64,000 bases of DNA from Rhina ancylostomus. Taxonomy: Eukaryota. Where the stretch lies: assembly GCA_030265395.1 (NCBI GenBank), contig JARFYF010000074.1:33870979-33934978 (forward strand), read 5' to 3'. Positions 27,593 to 41,020 of this stretch are shown here, in pieces. A program made the position numbers and the translations under genes. Position 1 is the stretch's first letter. Each line of letters opens with the position of its first letter. The notes below the pieces were generated by a model. That model was not told where the DNA came from, made no database searches, and saw nothing but the letters and a program-made list of their open reading frames with translations.

Positions 27593-27959
27593 TTTTAAGT
27601 GATGGGTCAGTTGCATCAAAATAGTTTAACTTTCACAGACTCATTTGAAATTGCTGAAATTCATTTACTTACAATTTAAAATCCCACAAGTTTAAATACA
27701 TTGTTCATTACTTCCATGTTGAGCATGAAAACATTCCATGATTTCCTAGAAATGAATTTATTTCCATGGATGCAGAATTTAGTTAATCACAATTTTGTAT
27801 TTTTAAGCACAAAAATGAGACTGTTTGACTATTTCAGCACACTCGAGGATGATTTTCAAACTTTTCCATTTCATAAATTTAAACTCTGCCACCAAAATGA
27901 GAACACAGAGATTTCCACACTCCAATTTTGACTTCTTGTACATCTCTAATTAATTGTTC

Positions 27960-28160
27960 TACTACTGGTGGCCTTCGGTTATCAACATCTCAGGGTCTCC
28001 AAATGTCGTCATCTTTCAACACTTTCCTCCAAGCGGATGCTCCTTAAAACCTGCTTTCATCTTCCTTTTATGACACAATATCAAAATGAACTTGATAATG
28101 CTCCTGTGAAATGGCTTGGGATGTTTCACTATATTAAAAGAGCTTCATATATGCAAAATA
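27960..28160 (+). mobile_element. L2-like LINE 3' end
   Basis: ctcctgtgaaatggcttgggatgtttcactatattaaaagagcttcatatatgcaa resembles the L2 3' terminal consensus. Confidence 0.55.
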
Positions 28161-29249
28161 ATTGAATTATATCCAACTACAAAATGCAGTTCAGCATGCA
28201 TCAGCAAAAGTTTTAAATCTTAGAGAGGTCAATAAAAAAAACACAAAAGAATGCAGGTCAGTATGGTGCCTTCTGAAGATGCTGTTCCTTCATAAAAATA
28301 CCAGCTATTTGTATAATAGGCACTTTGTGCTTATTGAATTGGAAGATGCACGTTTATTGTAATTTTATGAGAATCCACATGCAATGTCCTTCAGAATTTA
28401 TGGGAGTTTCCTGTTGATTTCCACCAATAGGTAAAAGCCCATCTTACAAGGTGCTAAATTAATTCAAATTAATAGATGAAAGTTCTTTTTCAGAAACTCC
28501 TTGCTGCTCTTTTATACTTTGCCTATGTGACAACAATTCACATCTGACAAAAAGGCTGCAAGGGGACTACCAGTCCATTCTATTACCCAGATGTACACTT
28601 CCAAAGGCTGTACGATAACAGTTAAAAAAAAACCTTGATAGATTTTCCCTCCCCAAATTAAAAGCCAGAATCATTACACATCTTCCATATTTCATTACAA
28701 GATCTGAATGGTAATGATTTCACTCCTGGTGTGGCCTTAATTCTACAGATTTATTTGTATGCAGGCTTTGTTGCATTCAGTGAAATGCTGATCTCTAAGC
28801 TTGACATGGCAGATCTTATTTTAAAGGAATGCTATCTTCAGTGAATCAAATGCATAGCTTGACAAGAGTGTCAGTGCATGTTCTAGAACAAAAGCAGTGT
28901 TGGAGGGTGAGAAGCCTACTTCAGCTCTTTCAGTTGCTGTTTCTAGGGCACCTCAAGACACTTCTAAGGATTCAGCAAGTGATCTCTAAAAAAATCATGG
29001 GAACAGATTCATGCAACACGCAATTAGACACCGTCAGTCTTTGAGGAACCAAAGGAGTACTTCCAGCCATATATAAAGATTGGGCAGCTTGCTCACTCCT
29101 GAGCTTTGATAATAACAAATTTTCTTATTTTAACGAAGGGTGTGTTAGGTTACCATCAGCAGTTAGCATCTTTTTCTGGTGCAGCTAAGCATGGTACTTT
29201 TCACTACTTTCCCCTTGCCTGCTCTGGTAATGATATGACAGTTTTTTGC

Positions 29250-31378
29250 AGCAAAAAACTGTGGTACTGGTTACACCAAAAATCAATTTATTAGCAAAAG
29301 TAAACTGGACATAGCCATTTGAATACATATCAAATCAATGGGAGGGGTTCAGTGAGGAGTGAAGGTTCAAATAATATGTATCAAACAAGTACAAAGAGGG
29401 AATTACCAAGTCCAGAATCTCTCTGAAAATTGAAGAAGCATCCAAAATAAGTTAGGCAAAAAGAATTGCGAGCTCAGTACCTCAGGATGCCAAGAGATGA
29501 AAATGTAAAGAAAATTCAGAAGGAAAACCAGGAACATAACAAATATTGCTAAGATCAAGGAAAACTCTAAAAGTGCTTTACAGACACAAAAGAAAATAGA
29601 ATAACAAAGGAAATAATAGGGCCAATTAAAGACCAAAACAGAAACCTGATGGTGGAGGTTGAAGACATGCATTTAGTTCTAAGTGAATAATAGCATCTGC
29701 CTTCACAGAACAGGGAGATAGAGTCAGTGAATGATTTGAGGAAGAATAGTGGACATGATTGGGGGAGGGGAGAGGGAAAGGGAGAGAGGGGATCTCCAAA
29801 GATATTAGGCTGCATAATACTCCCTTTCTCTCTATTATGCAGCCTAACATCTTTAAAAGTGAAAACATCATTGTGCTCTGATAAAATGTATACCAGGCTC
29901 TTTACAGAAGCAAGGGAGAAAATAGCAACTCCAAACCTTTTTGGCTGCAGTCTAAAGTTGTATAAAAGTAAGAAAGGGACAGACCAAAGAATTGCAGGTC
30001 AGTCACCCTAATTTTTCAAAATGTTCATGAAGGTCTGGATAAATCAGCATTGAGAGAGACACTGTTAAATCAAGGTCAGTTTGGATTTGTTAAGGAAAAG
30101 TTGTTTCCTTCTAACTTGATTCAATATTTTGAAAAAGTAACAAAGAATTCATGAGAGTTCAACATTTGATATAATTCTTTGTATTGACAATATCAATCAC
30201 AACAGAAAGAAATGGAAAGTGAAAGTCCTTTGGATCCAAGGTAAAGCAGTGCTGGATTCAAAATTAGCTCATTGTGAGAAAGCAGGAGTTTTAGTGTTTG
30301 GAATGCCTAGTCTAGAACCATTGATTCTCATGATAAACTTCATTGAGTAGAGGCCTTATTAAAAATTTTGCAGATAATACCAAAATTGACAGCACAGTTA
30401 ACAGTGAATGCTGTAGGCTGCCAGAAGATATTGATAGACCGAGTTGATAGGCTCAAAGCAGCAAATTAAATTTCATTGTGAACAAGCGTATAATGATAAA
30501 ATACTTGGGAAGGGCAAACAAAACAAATGAATATTCAATAAGTAATAGAATACTAGGAAGTGTAGAGAAACAAAAGATATATTGGAATACAGATACACAA
30601 ATACCTGGATGTAGCAGAACAAGTAGGTGGTCGGATTAAGGTGCAGGGAGGTCACTGTAGAACTCTGAAAATGACTAGTTAGGCCACAGCCAGCTCACTG
30701 TGTCAACCGACAGACATCACACTTCAAGAAGGGTTATGGGACTACAAGTTATAGGACGAGAGAGGATGCTGAGGTGATTGACAAGGACATTGTCAGAGTG
30801 GAGATTTATTGTTATGAGGAGAGAATGGTTGTTTTCTTTAGAACAAGGGAGACTGAGGGGAAGTTATATTGAGGTGTACAGAGACACATTTACAATGATC
30901 AAGAAAGATATTTCCCTTAACAGAGTGGTCATTAACCAGGATACTTATATTTGTTAATCAATGTAAGAATTAGAGTNNNNNNNNNNNNNNNNNNNNNNNN
31001 NNNNNNNNNNNNNNNNNNNNNNNNNNNNNNNNNNNNNNNNNNNNNNNNNNNNNNNNNNNNNNNNNNNNNNNNNNNNATCAATGTAAGAATTAGAGTTGAA
31101 GAAAAAGAAATTAATCTAAAGAGTACCAGCAGGAGTGTGTGGGTGTGGGGTGAATGGGTTAAGGGAGCAGTTGGTAACCATGAGGTTGCATTCACTGTCT
31201 GAAAGCGTACCAAAGACAGAAAACAGTATCTGAAAAAACTACTTGGACAGCCATAATCCACAAGGCTGTGGATTGAGAGCTGAGAAATGGGATTTATATA
31301 AATAGCTTCTTTTCTTTTAGTGGACTGGACACAATGAGCTGAACTGCTTCCTTTCTTTGCTGTAATTTTCTATGATCA
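29250..31378 (+). mobile_element. Old, heavily deleted CR1 LINE
   Basis: Decayed motifs gtcagtttggatttgttaagg (SQ.GFVK), aaattttgcagataataccaaaatt (KFADNTKI), tatgaggagagaatgg; tail ggacacaatgagctgaactgcttcctttc. Confidence 0.72.
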
Positions 31379-32124
31379 CAGTACATCTTTCACCCCACTT
31401 TCCATTAATTTATTCTTGGACAAGTTGCTAATTTCACTCCATAGTTTCATCAGAGCTCCCCTGTAGTAGCAGGTCAAAAATGGCTACCAATAAACATTTA
31501 GGAAGCTTCCATATTTGCCCATTTCCCAATGGACATTTATTTAAAGCAATACAGAGAAGCATTGTGATACAGCAAGTTCAAAATATGTCATTTTGCCTCT
31601 GGATTCAGATATTAATGCAAAAAAAATTGATAGGTAGCAAGCATTCTAAGTAAGATTGGTAACAGTTCTGCTTCTCTAAGCTGCAATTCTGCTACTAAAA
31701 CAAAATGCTGAAAATGTATCAATTTCAGGCATTCAAGAAGTTGGTTCAGACAAGCAAAGTATATTTTAGTACTTCATTGGGAGTAAAAATATATGCATGT
31801 ATCAAGCTCTTATTGAAACTGGGCATAATGATGTTTACAATTTATCCAATCCCTTCTCCAATAAATTTTCTGGTACCTTGATTAAATAACTTTGTGGCGT
31901 GGCATGTAATCAACAAAGGAACTAGTTATTGCTTTCTGTAAAATAGATAGTTTTATTGTTCAACAGATCCAATCTACTTAGAATATTGAAAGATTAGTTA
32001 AATTAAACCAGAAAATGAAAATGTCACAATAACTTGGCTCAGACTTCTACAAAAAGAAATAATAGAAACTTACTGTACATAAATAAATGTTCAAATCCAT
32101 ACAGTTTACTACAACTCCTTTTTA

Positions 32125-32770
32125 CAGTGGAACATAGCACGGCTTTTCATAGAAGCATTATCAAATAAAATTTGACACTGAACCACAAAATTTTCAGGCA
32201 GACAAGCAAAAGCTGAATAAAAGAGGCAGCAATGTTGTAAAGGAGGAAAGAGGTATTATTAAAAAAGGTTTAAGCGGGGAAATTGCTAGATGAATGTGTG
32301 GCTGTGGCTGGAGGGATTAACAATGGGAAAGCACAAGACCAGATATGGAAGAGCAGAGCGATTTCAGAAATTGTACAATTGCAATGAATTTCAGTGAAAG
32401 GGAGGGAAAAGACCAGGAATTTAAAAACAAGAATGAGTACTTTAAAATTGAGTTAATGTTTAACCTGGAGTAAACATAAGACAGTGAGCACAAGGGTGAT
32501 AGCTGATTTGAACTATGTGCAAATTAAATCAAATATGAAGAACAGCAACTTCCATTTATGCTGCATATTTAATGTGACAAAAACACCTCAAGATGGTTTA
32601 ATTTAAAAAACATGACCTTGAGCCCCATTAGAAATTAGGGAAATAGCTAGAGGCTTGGTTACAGAGATTGGTTTAAAGGAAAAAGGGTTTGATGATCAGG
32701 TAGATTTAGGGAGTGAATTTTCGAGCCAAGGTCCTGGCAGCTGAAGGAACTTCCAATGATAGTGGAGCGG
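32125..32770 (-). mobile_element. Two adjacent L2-like 3' fragments
   Basis: catttatgctgcatatttaatgtgacaaaaacacctcaag is approximately the reverse complement of the L2 tail at 28100-28160; gtttagggagtgaattt..ggtcctggcagctgaagg. Confidence 0.5.
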
Positions 32771-35700
32771 TTCTGTCGTCCCAACATTCAGTTAACTTCG
32801 CTAACATTTGATGGAGAACATTTCCATTGGATGTCAGTCAAAAGGTCTGATGGGGAGCATAGTTTTTGATTACATTAGCAAGTACATCAATACAATTAAG
32901 CATTGTAACTCAGAAGACAGTCCTTCTGATTTTGATGCAGCACTCCCTTAAAAATGTTGTTTTAAAATGTTAATTACTGTATAAGCTGGTAACAATATAA
33001 ACTAGAATCTTCACACAATTGAAGATCAGAGATGAATAGAACTATGGATNNNNNNNNNNNNNNNNNNNNNNNNNNNNNNNNNNNNNNNNNNNNNNNNNNN
33101 NNNNNNNNNNNNNNNNNNNNNNNNNNNNNNNNNNNNNNNNNNNNNNNNNNNNNNNNNNNNNNNNNNNNNNNNNNNNNNNNNNNNNNNNNNNNNNNNNNNN
33201 NNNNNNNNNNNNNNNNNNNNNNNNNNNNNNNNNNNNNNNNNNNNNNNNNNNNNNNNNNNNNNNNNNNNNNNNNNNNNNNNNNNNNNNNNNNNNNNNNNNN
33301 NNATGTGCTTAACAGAGGGGCCAGATTGTACAATAAACAAATCTCAGTTTCTAATAACTCAGTCTTGTGGATTGTATGACCAAACAAGAATTGGGTATTT
33401 TCAAAAGGAGATAAGTTGTAATTTGTTTCACAAAAATCCTTGCAACTTTGGGTGATTATTTGTAAGAAGTGATTTAAGGGGTCACTGGCCAGCACAATAT
33501 TTCTTAAAACATTTCTAAAACCTGTCGCATTTCATGAGGAATCTGGATGATATTTATTTTGGATAGTGAGAATAAAAAGCTCCACCATGTCTCTTTGAAA
33601 AAGTTCTTATGACTCATAGGAGAAAGGAGTTCTGTCAGTATTAATCCAATCTCCAGTGGACATCATTTTACAGTGGAGAATTCTCTCACATTTACCGTTA
33701 GCTCAGCAGACACAAAATACAAATGCCAAAGAACCAAATGTGTAGTAAACAGATATGCTAGTTGAAAGAAAAGGAAACTCTTTAACTCTATCTGTAACTC
33801 CAATTATTCTGTCAACTGTAATATGTACAAACAATATTTTAGGCAGGTCAGCTTTGAAAGAAGAAACCATTCCACGGGAAATACATTTGTACCAGCTGCC
33901 AAAGTATGGCAAATTTTGTCTTCATGAGTGCCATGAATAATTTATTCATTGTTTTGTCTGAGCCTCAGATTCTTGCCAAATGAAGCACAGTCTGATACTT
34001 CCAAAATGATTCAAAGATCCTGTGGCACAATATAAACTTGTACATGAAAATTTAACTTTTATTTTAAAAATGGAAAGATTAAGTGCAAACATTGTAAAGG
34101 ACATTACAGCTAGGAGATAGATGGGGAATAATGTTATTGAATCCCTTAAATAGCAAACAAAAAGAAACCTGCAACACAGCAAAGATTAACAAGTAAGATG
34201 GCAATGAATATGAGTAAAACATCACTAACAAATATACAAATGAATTTCTAACTTTAATACAAAATGACAGCCCTGTGAGATTGCTGTTTGATTGAAATAA
34301 GAATCTAATTTAGAATGATAATTTGGTTGCCTCTAAATGAAACTCAAATATATTTAATTAACCTCCTTAATGTAATTTAGGACTTAAAACCACTTAGACA
34401 TGTTTGTTAATCTAAAACCTTGATAACATTGTGCAATACAGTTAATTTGATTAGCTTTAGACCTTTCTCTAGGATTAAAAAAATAAAAAGAAATAAACTC
34501 TTGGTTCAATCTGTTCTCTCTTGACACTGCAAGATGCAAATTTTGAAATAGCTTGAGTTCTGGGGCCATCTATTGGACATGGCAGAGAGTACACAAGCTT
34601 TCTTGTGAAATATAAATCATGTAAATGATAAGAATTTTTGTAATATGGGTAACTGCAGATACTGGTTTTTTTCCCCATAAAGCAGTCACGAGAAATTTAC
34701 CTAAAGAGATAATTGGGTCAGCTGAATGTGTGTCTGAAACAATCCACTTACACCCCTGTATTTCCTGTGGCTCAGCATCTTCTGATTTATTTTTATCCAT
34801 AAGCTGCAATTATCCTAACCACGTATTAAAGTTTTCCACAAATAACCTTTTAGCCATCTCTTCACTCCCTTTTGAAACAATAACCTTCATAGATGACCTC
34901 CTTCCCAAAGAAAAAAAGTGTTTTTTTATTCATAATTATTCCAAAAAAAGACACTACAGAAACTTCTTAACTTGTGTGCTGCAAGGGCAGCAATCATAGC
35001 ATCTCATTGATTGTCCCAATCATGATTTCTTATCTCTAGTTCTAATAAGCAAGTAATCTGGGAATGCATCATTAAAAACACAGTAACTCAAAAATACTTT
35101 AATTTTATTTATAAGTATTTTATCAAACATCACAACCATTTGAAGTCATTCAATTTTTATTGGTGGGATTACAGTGAAAGAACCCAAGGTAATACAGAAG
35201 AGAATTCAACATAGTTTTCTATTCTATATTTTCACATACCCATTGGGTAGTTATTCAAGTGAATTAAACTTTTCCATGGACCTCACTTGAAGCCGTTTTC
35301 ATCATTAATCATGGAGTTAATGATAATTTATGACTTTTAGATGAACTTCCAAAAATAATGTTAAAACTTGAATTAAAAAGTATCAGCACTGTGGAACAGA
35401 GGAATTTCTCTTCTGGTGAAAACAATATTTTTTTAAATCAGTTTTAGATGCAATATGTCGGGTGACTTAAGATGAAAACTTGGATATTATAAAACTGGTC
35501 CTTTATCTTTTTTGTTGCTAAATTGGCTCCAAAAGGTAACTGTAAAGTAAATCCACACTGTATGGTGCCAAATTGGAGTCAGTCAGTCCATGATGCTCAT
35601 CAGGTAAGGGCTATTTTCCTAAACAATTATTTTTTTCCCTCTACATTTCCCTGTGCAATTTCCTTTCTACCTGGTGATGTCACTCCATGCTAGGGCTAGA

Positions 35701-38700
35701 TTCAATGAGTGACATTTGCATTTTGGGAGCTCCACTGGGTGGATTATTTCTGTTTTTAACCAAGGTGAGCAACTGTGGAACAGAAATGGCAAGTATGATC
35801 TTTCTTCACCTGATTGGATTTATGTTTCCAGCAAAGTTGCTAAATAGCTAGAAGCAATGGGAAACTTTCTCTGCCCTAATCTGGGGTCACAGAGGACAAA
35901 CTTTGCAACTCCCCTGCAATAAAATCTAAAGTCACTTGGCTCAATAAAGGTTGGGGATGAAACCAAGGAACCTCTGGATACTTAATCAGCAAAATTATTA
36001 GTGAAGGGAAACTCACAGGTGCTGATAAAGCACAATGACAATTGCTGGAAAATAAAATCCCATAGGATTTTTGCATAATATTCCCAATTTTACAACCTAG
36101 TGTTATTTATTGCTGTCTTGATAGGCTGATTTCTTAACTTTTAAAATTCTTTTTGACAGTTTGTCTTCCCCAATTTCTCCTTTCATGCTGTAATGAAATT
36201 TGCTCTTTCCATTCACATTCCTGTCTGTGACATTCCTGCTGGTAGGCATAAAAGATTAAACTGCTCTCACCTTCATCTAATGCACAAGATTCATCCCTGT
36301 CCTTATGCAATATATTACATTTGAATGTGATAGCTCAAAGGAAACAACTTCTACGATAATATTTCCACCAATAGCAATAGTATTACAAAAGCCTGATAAT
36401 TATTCATTGATTCAAAGTCCAGAAAGCCATAGCACAGGTTAAACAAGCATCAACTCCACTCCTCCTGTCGTCCCAATTTTAAGTTCCCACTTCTGTCCAC
36501 TGCAAAGAAACACAGGGCCACCAGGCTGATTTGATAAAACACATTTATTAGCAGTATACCACGAGGGAGAGGTCTCTTCAGCACTCATTGAGAGTTGCTT
36601 CCTGAGGTCTCCACAGTACCAAGGAGCAGACAGTAATTTATAGATATCGTCACGCACACTTAAATGATTGTGGTGCAGTGAGTTTCAGTCAGGCCTCAGA
36701 GATCCAAAGACAAACATCGCACCTATTGTCCAATATAATTGATATATAATCAAGAGATTCAAAGACAGGTATCACCCTCATTGTTTAGGACAAGCTTCCC
36801 ANNNNNNNNNNNNNNNNNNNNNNNNNNNNNNNNNNNNNNNNNNNNNNNNNNNNNNNNNNNNNNNNNNNNNNNNNNNNNNNNNNNNNNNNNNNNNNNNNNN
36901 NATTGTCCAATATAATTGATATATAATCAAGAGATTCAAAGACAGGTATCACCCTCATTGTTTAGGACAAGCTTCCCACTCGTTGTTTATTGCTCCCACC
37001 ACCCTTATTGTCTAGCATAACTGGTCTGCAACCAAGGTTCCCAACACAGTAATTATCGCCTATCCCTGAGTCAGTAGCTTGCATGCTCTTTCTTGCGAGG
37101 TATTTTTCCATCAGTTATATGTGCAGTTACAGTCAGTCACAGTTTCTTAACCCATTACTTCCTCACTCCCATTACTAATTTTGTTGCTATTTCTCCACAC
37201 AATGGGCTAGACAGAATAGCGAGAGCACAAGCCCCTCTAATAATCATTAAGCAGAGTAAGAACACGTGCACATGTTCATAATGTGCTTATCAAAGCACCC
37301 CTCCAAAAGCAGTCAACTTCAAATTCTGACCATACCTGTTTTCATACGTTTGCCACTCAAATGTAATATTATGTTTCCTAGTTTCTTGTCCATTCAAATG
37401 TATTCACAATCAGAATTGCATCATTCCACTCCTTTATGTGCCTTTATCTCGGCTAAGCAGGACCACTTAAAAATAAAAATTCCATTACCTCTATTAGTGA
37501 TCGAGTTCAATTTTGCCCTTTAAAAATACTTTATTTAATGAAATTGACATAGTTGGTAATGAAAAGAATGAGAATATTATATAAAAGCTAGATCAGCATT
37601 TATTTTTAAACTGTTGATGAAGAATAGCTCCAATGGGTAGCATTATAATGAGTTGCAAACATAGCTCAGCAAACTTTGCAGTTATTTCTGTCAGATGTAT
37701 ACTTTCAATTCTCGAGCTATATTTTAATAGATGAGTATTTATTTGGATCACATCTTAATTTGAATATCACCACATTACACTGTAGTTTTAACCTAGTGCC
37801 TTTTATACCCAGGAACAACCATCATGGCACCTGAGGTGTCCAAAGTCCACACATGAAATCAGTACTTACAGGTATCTCCATCTGGTTTCAGCTGTTGAAC
37901 ACAACGATGCATTGCACCTCAAGTACAAGAGAGTTGTTGGTGAGGTTACACCTTCACAAAGTGTTAATTGCAAATAAAATTTCTTCCATCTGCTCAATTC
38001 TAAATTTAGTTCTAGCATTTAACTAATTTACATCCATTGCAATTGAATTGTTGAACTTTTTTCAACAATTTTATATTTAGGTCATTCATGTACAGTATAC
38101 CTTGTCAGTGGATGAAGAGAATTTATATTGGACCAATCAATCTGGTTCTGGTTCACTGTTTGGACTTACTGTCCATAGTCTCTACCCATTCAGACTCACC
38201 TTTTCCAAATGCAGAGGGTTGAATAAGGCAGCACAGGCTCCAAACAGTGAGCAGGGAAGCAGTGTATAACTGAGGCTCACCCAAAAATGCCTTGCCAACT
38301 TTTGACACTTTGCTGTGTCAAAAGCTTTTGTACTATCTTAAATATCTGATAGTCAGAGACAATTTAAAACTATTCAAATAATTTATGATTTTTTAGAAAA
38401 AGATTTAAAATTGTAAAGTAAATTTAATTTAAAAACCATCTTAAAACACAAAAATAAAGTGCAATTTAAAATAATTCAAAGTGCCTATGTCAGTCAACCT
38501 TGGGGTAAAACTGAGAGGTCAGATATCAATGCTCAGTCACTGGCTGGACTGAAGAGCCAGTCCAGGTGCATTACCTGACCAACAAACCACCAGCTGTCAG
38601 TCAGTTCAATTCAGCCCAGTATTCTGTGAAGTAATCATGCAATGNNNNNNNNNNNNNNNNNNNNNNNNNNNNNNNNNNNNNNNNNNNNNNNNNNNNNNNN

Positions 38701-40671
38701 NNNNNNNNNNNNNNNNNNNNNNNNNNNNNNNNNNNNNNNNNNNNCATGCAATGATACTTTGAGTAGTGCAAGATGTTTACCAAGGAGAATGCCAATGATA
38801 CAAAATTTACAGGACTGGCCATCCAGTTCAGACTTAAGTAGAAAGAATGTGCATGAATTGTCCTTTAATCCTATCAAATGCCTTAAATTATTTTCAAGCT
38901 TAATGTATGAAAAATTGAACTGGGTGAAGGGGAAAGAAAGACAAAAAAAAGGCTATTGGCAATTTGTCATAACAGAATCTAGCAAAGTTCCAGCCCCATT
39001 ACATAAGGTTTAAATGGAAATACTAGAAAGTAGAAGTGAAACCAAATCCTTTCTTTCCCTGCCAACTCTTTAATCTTGTAACATTGTACGTGAATTGCAG
39101 TGTACTGAAATATGGTAGCATTANNNNNNNNNNTGTGCTTATTTAGATTGTAACAAATGCAGCTGCTACTGTACAGTATGTTTTTACAAGACACATTAAA
39201 AATTCAAAATCTAACACTTTGCACTATAAATTACCTTATAGAAGTACAACTTTGATGCTTCCTGTGATGAAGTGATTCATTTGGCTCTGTTTGTAACAGT
39301 GTAACTAGTATGCATCACTCCTCAAAACTGTGGAATCCAACACAATTTCAAGATTCAATCTCACAATACTTGCTGTGCAGAATGTTTAATAGGACGGAAT
39401 TAAATCCAACATTTACTTAACTTTACCTTAATAACAAATTATTTCTTTGATACCCAACTACCCTAATAATTTGCATTCATTTAATACCTTATCACGATGT
39501 GTCCCAAGACACTTTGGGATAGATCCCCATGTAACCATTTTTCAAAATGTTAAACAAGAATCCAAATGAATAATTATATATCTAACAAAGTACATAGATT
39601 CACTATGTGACAAGCCAATTAAAGTGCATCATCAAATAATTATTATATATTTTGGACCAAGATATATCTGAAATTCTGCAACATGTATTGAAAAATGAGA
39701 AGAACATCATTTACCACAAATACTTAATTTTACTATAGTTAAAATCTGCTTCAATATTGATTAAACCTTACAGCCTTTTACCTAATCACCCAAAATTTCC
39801 AGCATTAAACGTCACTTCAAGGTGACTTTATCCCAGTATTTGTGTAGCATTTACAAAGCAAAATAAAAGACAGCCTTCACAAAAGAAAAACACAAAAAAA
39901 ACAATTTGTCAAAAGACTTTGCTTCTCGCTGAAGCAAGTGATCTTTTAGAAATTCAGGGTTGAGATATTACACAATTATTATTTGAAAAATAATGCACTA
40001 ACTGGAGAATCTCTGATCAGCATCAGAATATTCTGAATTTTTTTCTGCTGAATATATTCAGAGATACTGAAAGGAAGTAGACAGCCAATAAGCTAAACAA
40101 GATGCTCAAATCAATAATTAACCTCTTACAGAGCACACACATATTAGAGATTAGTATCTTCAAAGTTCAAGAAGACAACACAATAACTTCAATAATCTCA
40201 TCTAATGACTCATCTACCTTCTATAATTTGAGACAACCTTCCCTCTCAGAAATCATCCAGCTACATTTTCTTTAAAAGGATTTTGATAAAACCAGACTTA
40301 TTGGGATTAAAATTGCTGGAAAATACCTACATCATGTATATTGGGATTCTTTCAGTGCAAGTGCCACAAGATTTAGGATTCCCAATTCAATATGGTAGAC
40401 AAATTCTCTGGCCACTCTTTACCATCAATTCTCCAAATAGACTCCAAGATTGGATAATGCAGGGAAATCAGCAGTGAGGTGCACAAATAGGTGGTAATTC
40501 CCAAGTTGCTACGTTGGGCAATATTCCAGCTGATCTTACCCCAAGTTAAACCAGACAAACAAACAACAAGACTATTTAGTTGAATGGAGAAAGGGTTTAC
40601 CAGTTTAGATTGGGATGGCATAAAGCAGCATGTCAATGCTGGAGGATTTGCAAAATGTTCATACTTAACAC

Positions 40672-41020
40672 ATGGCATGGTGGTGCAGCTAAATATGCTG
40701 CTGCCTGTCAGTTCCGGCAATACAGGTTCACTCCTGACCTCCAGTGGTGTCCATATGGAGTTTGCACATTCTCACTGTGACTACCAGATTTCTTCCAATT
40801 GCTCTGGTTTCCTCCCACATCCCAAAGGCAAGTTGCTTGATAGGTTGACATATTAATTGCCCAGCATAAATTATCTCTAGTGTCTATCAGAGTGGTAGGA
40901 TCTGGAGAGAGTGGAAGGGAATGTGAGCAAAATGCATGGGATTTGTGTAAATGATGCTTGATGGTCAGTGCAAACTTGATGGATTGAAGGACCTGTTTCC
41001 ATGCTGTATGACTTTATGAC
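40672..41020 (+). mobile_element. tRNA-derived SINE (V-SINE/HE1-like)
   Basis: ggcatggtggtgcagc, aggttcactcctgacc, tggagtttgcacattctc, gctctggtttcctcccacatccc; tail gaaggacctgtttccatgctgtatgac. Confidence 0.82.
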
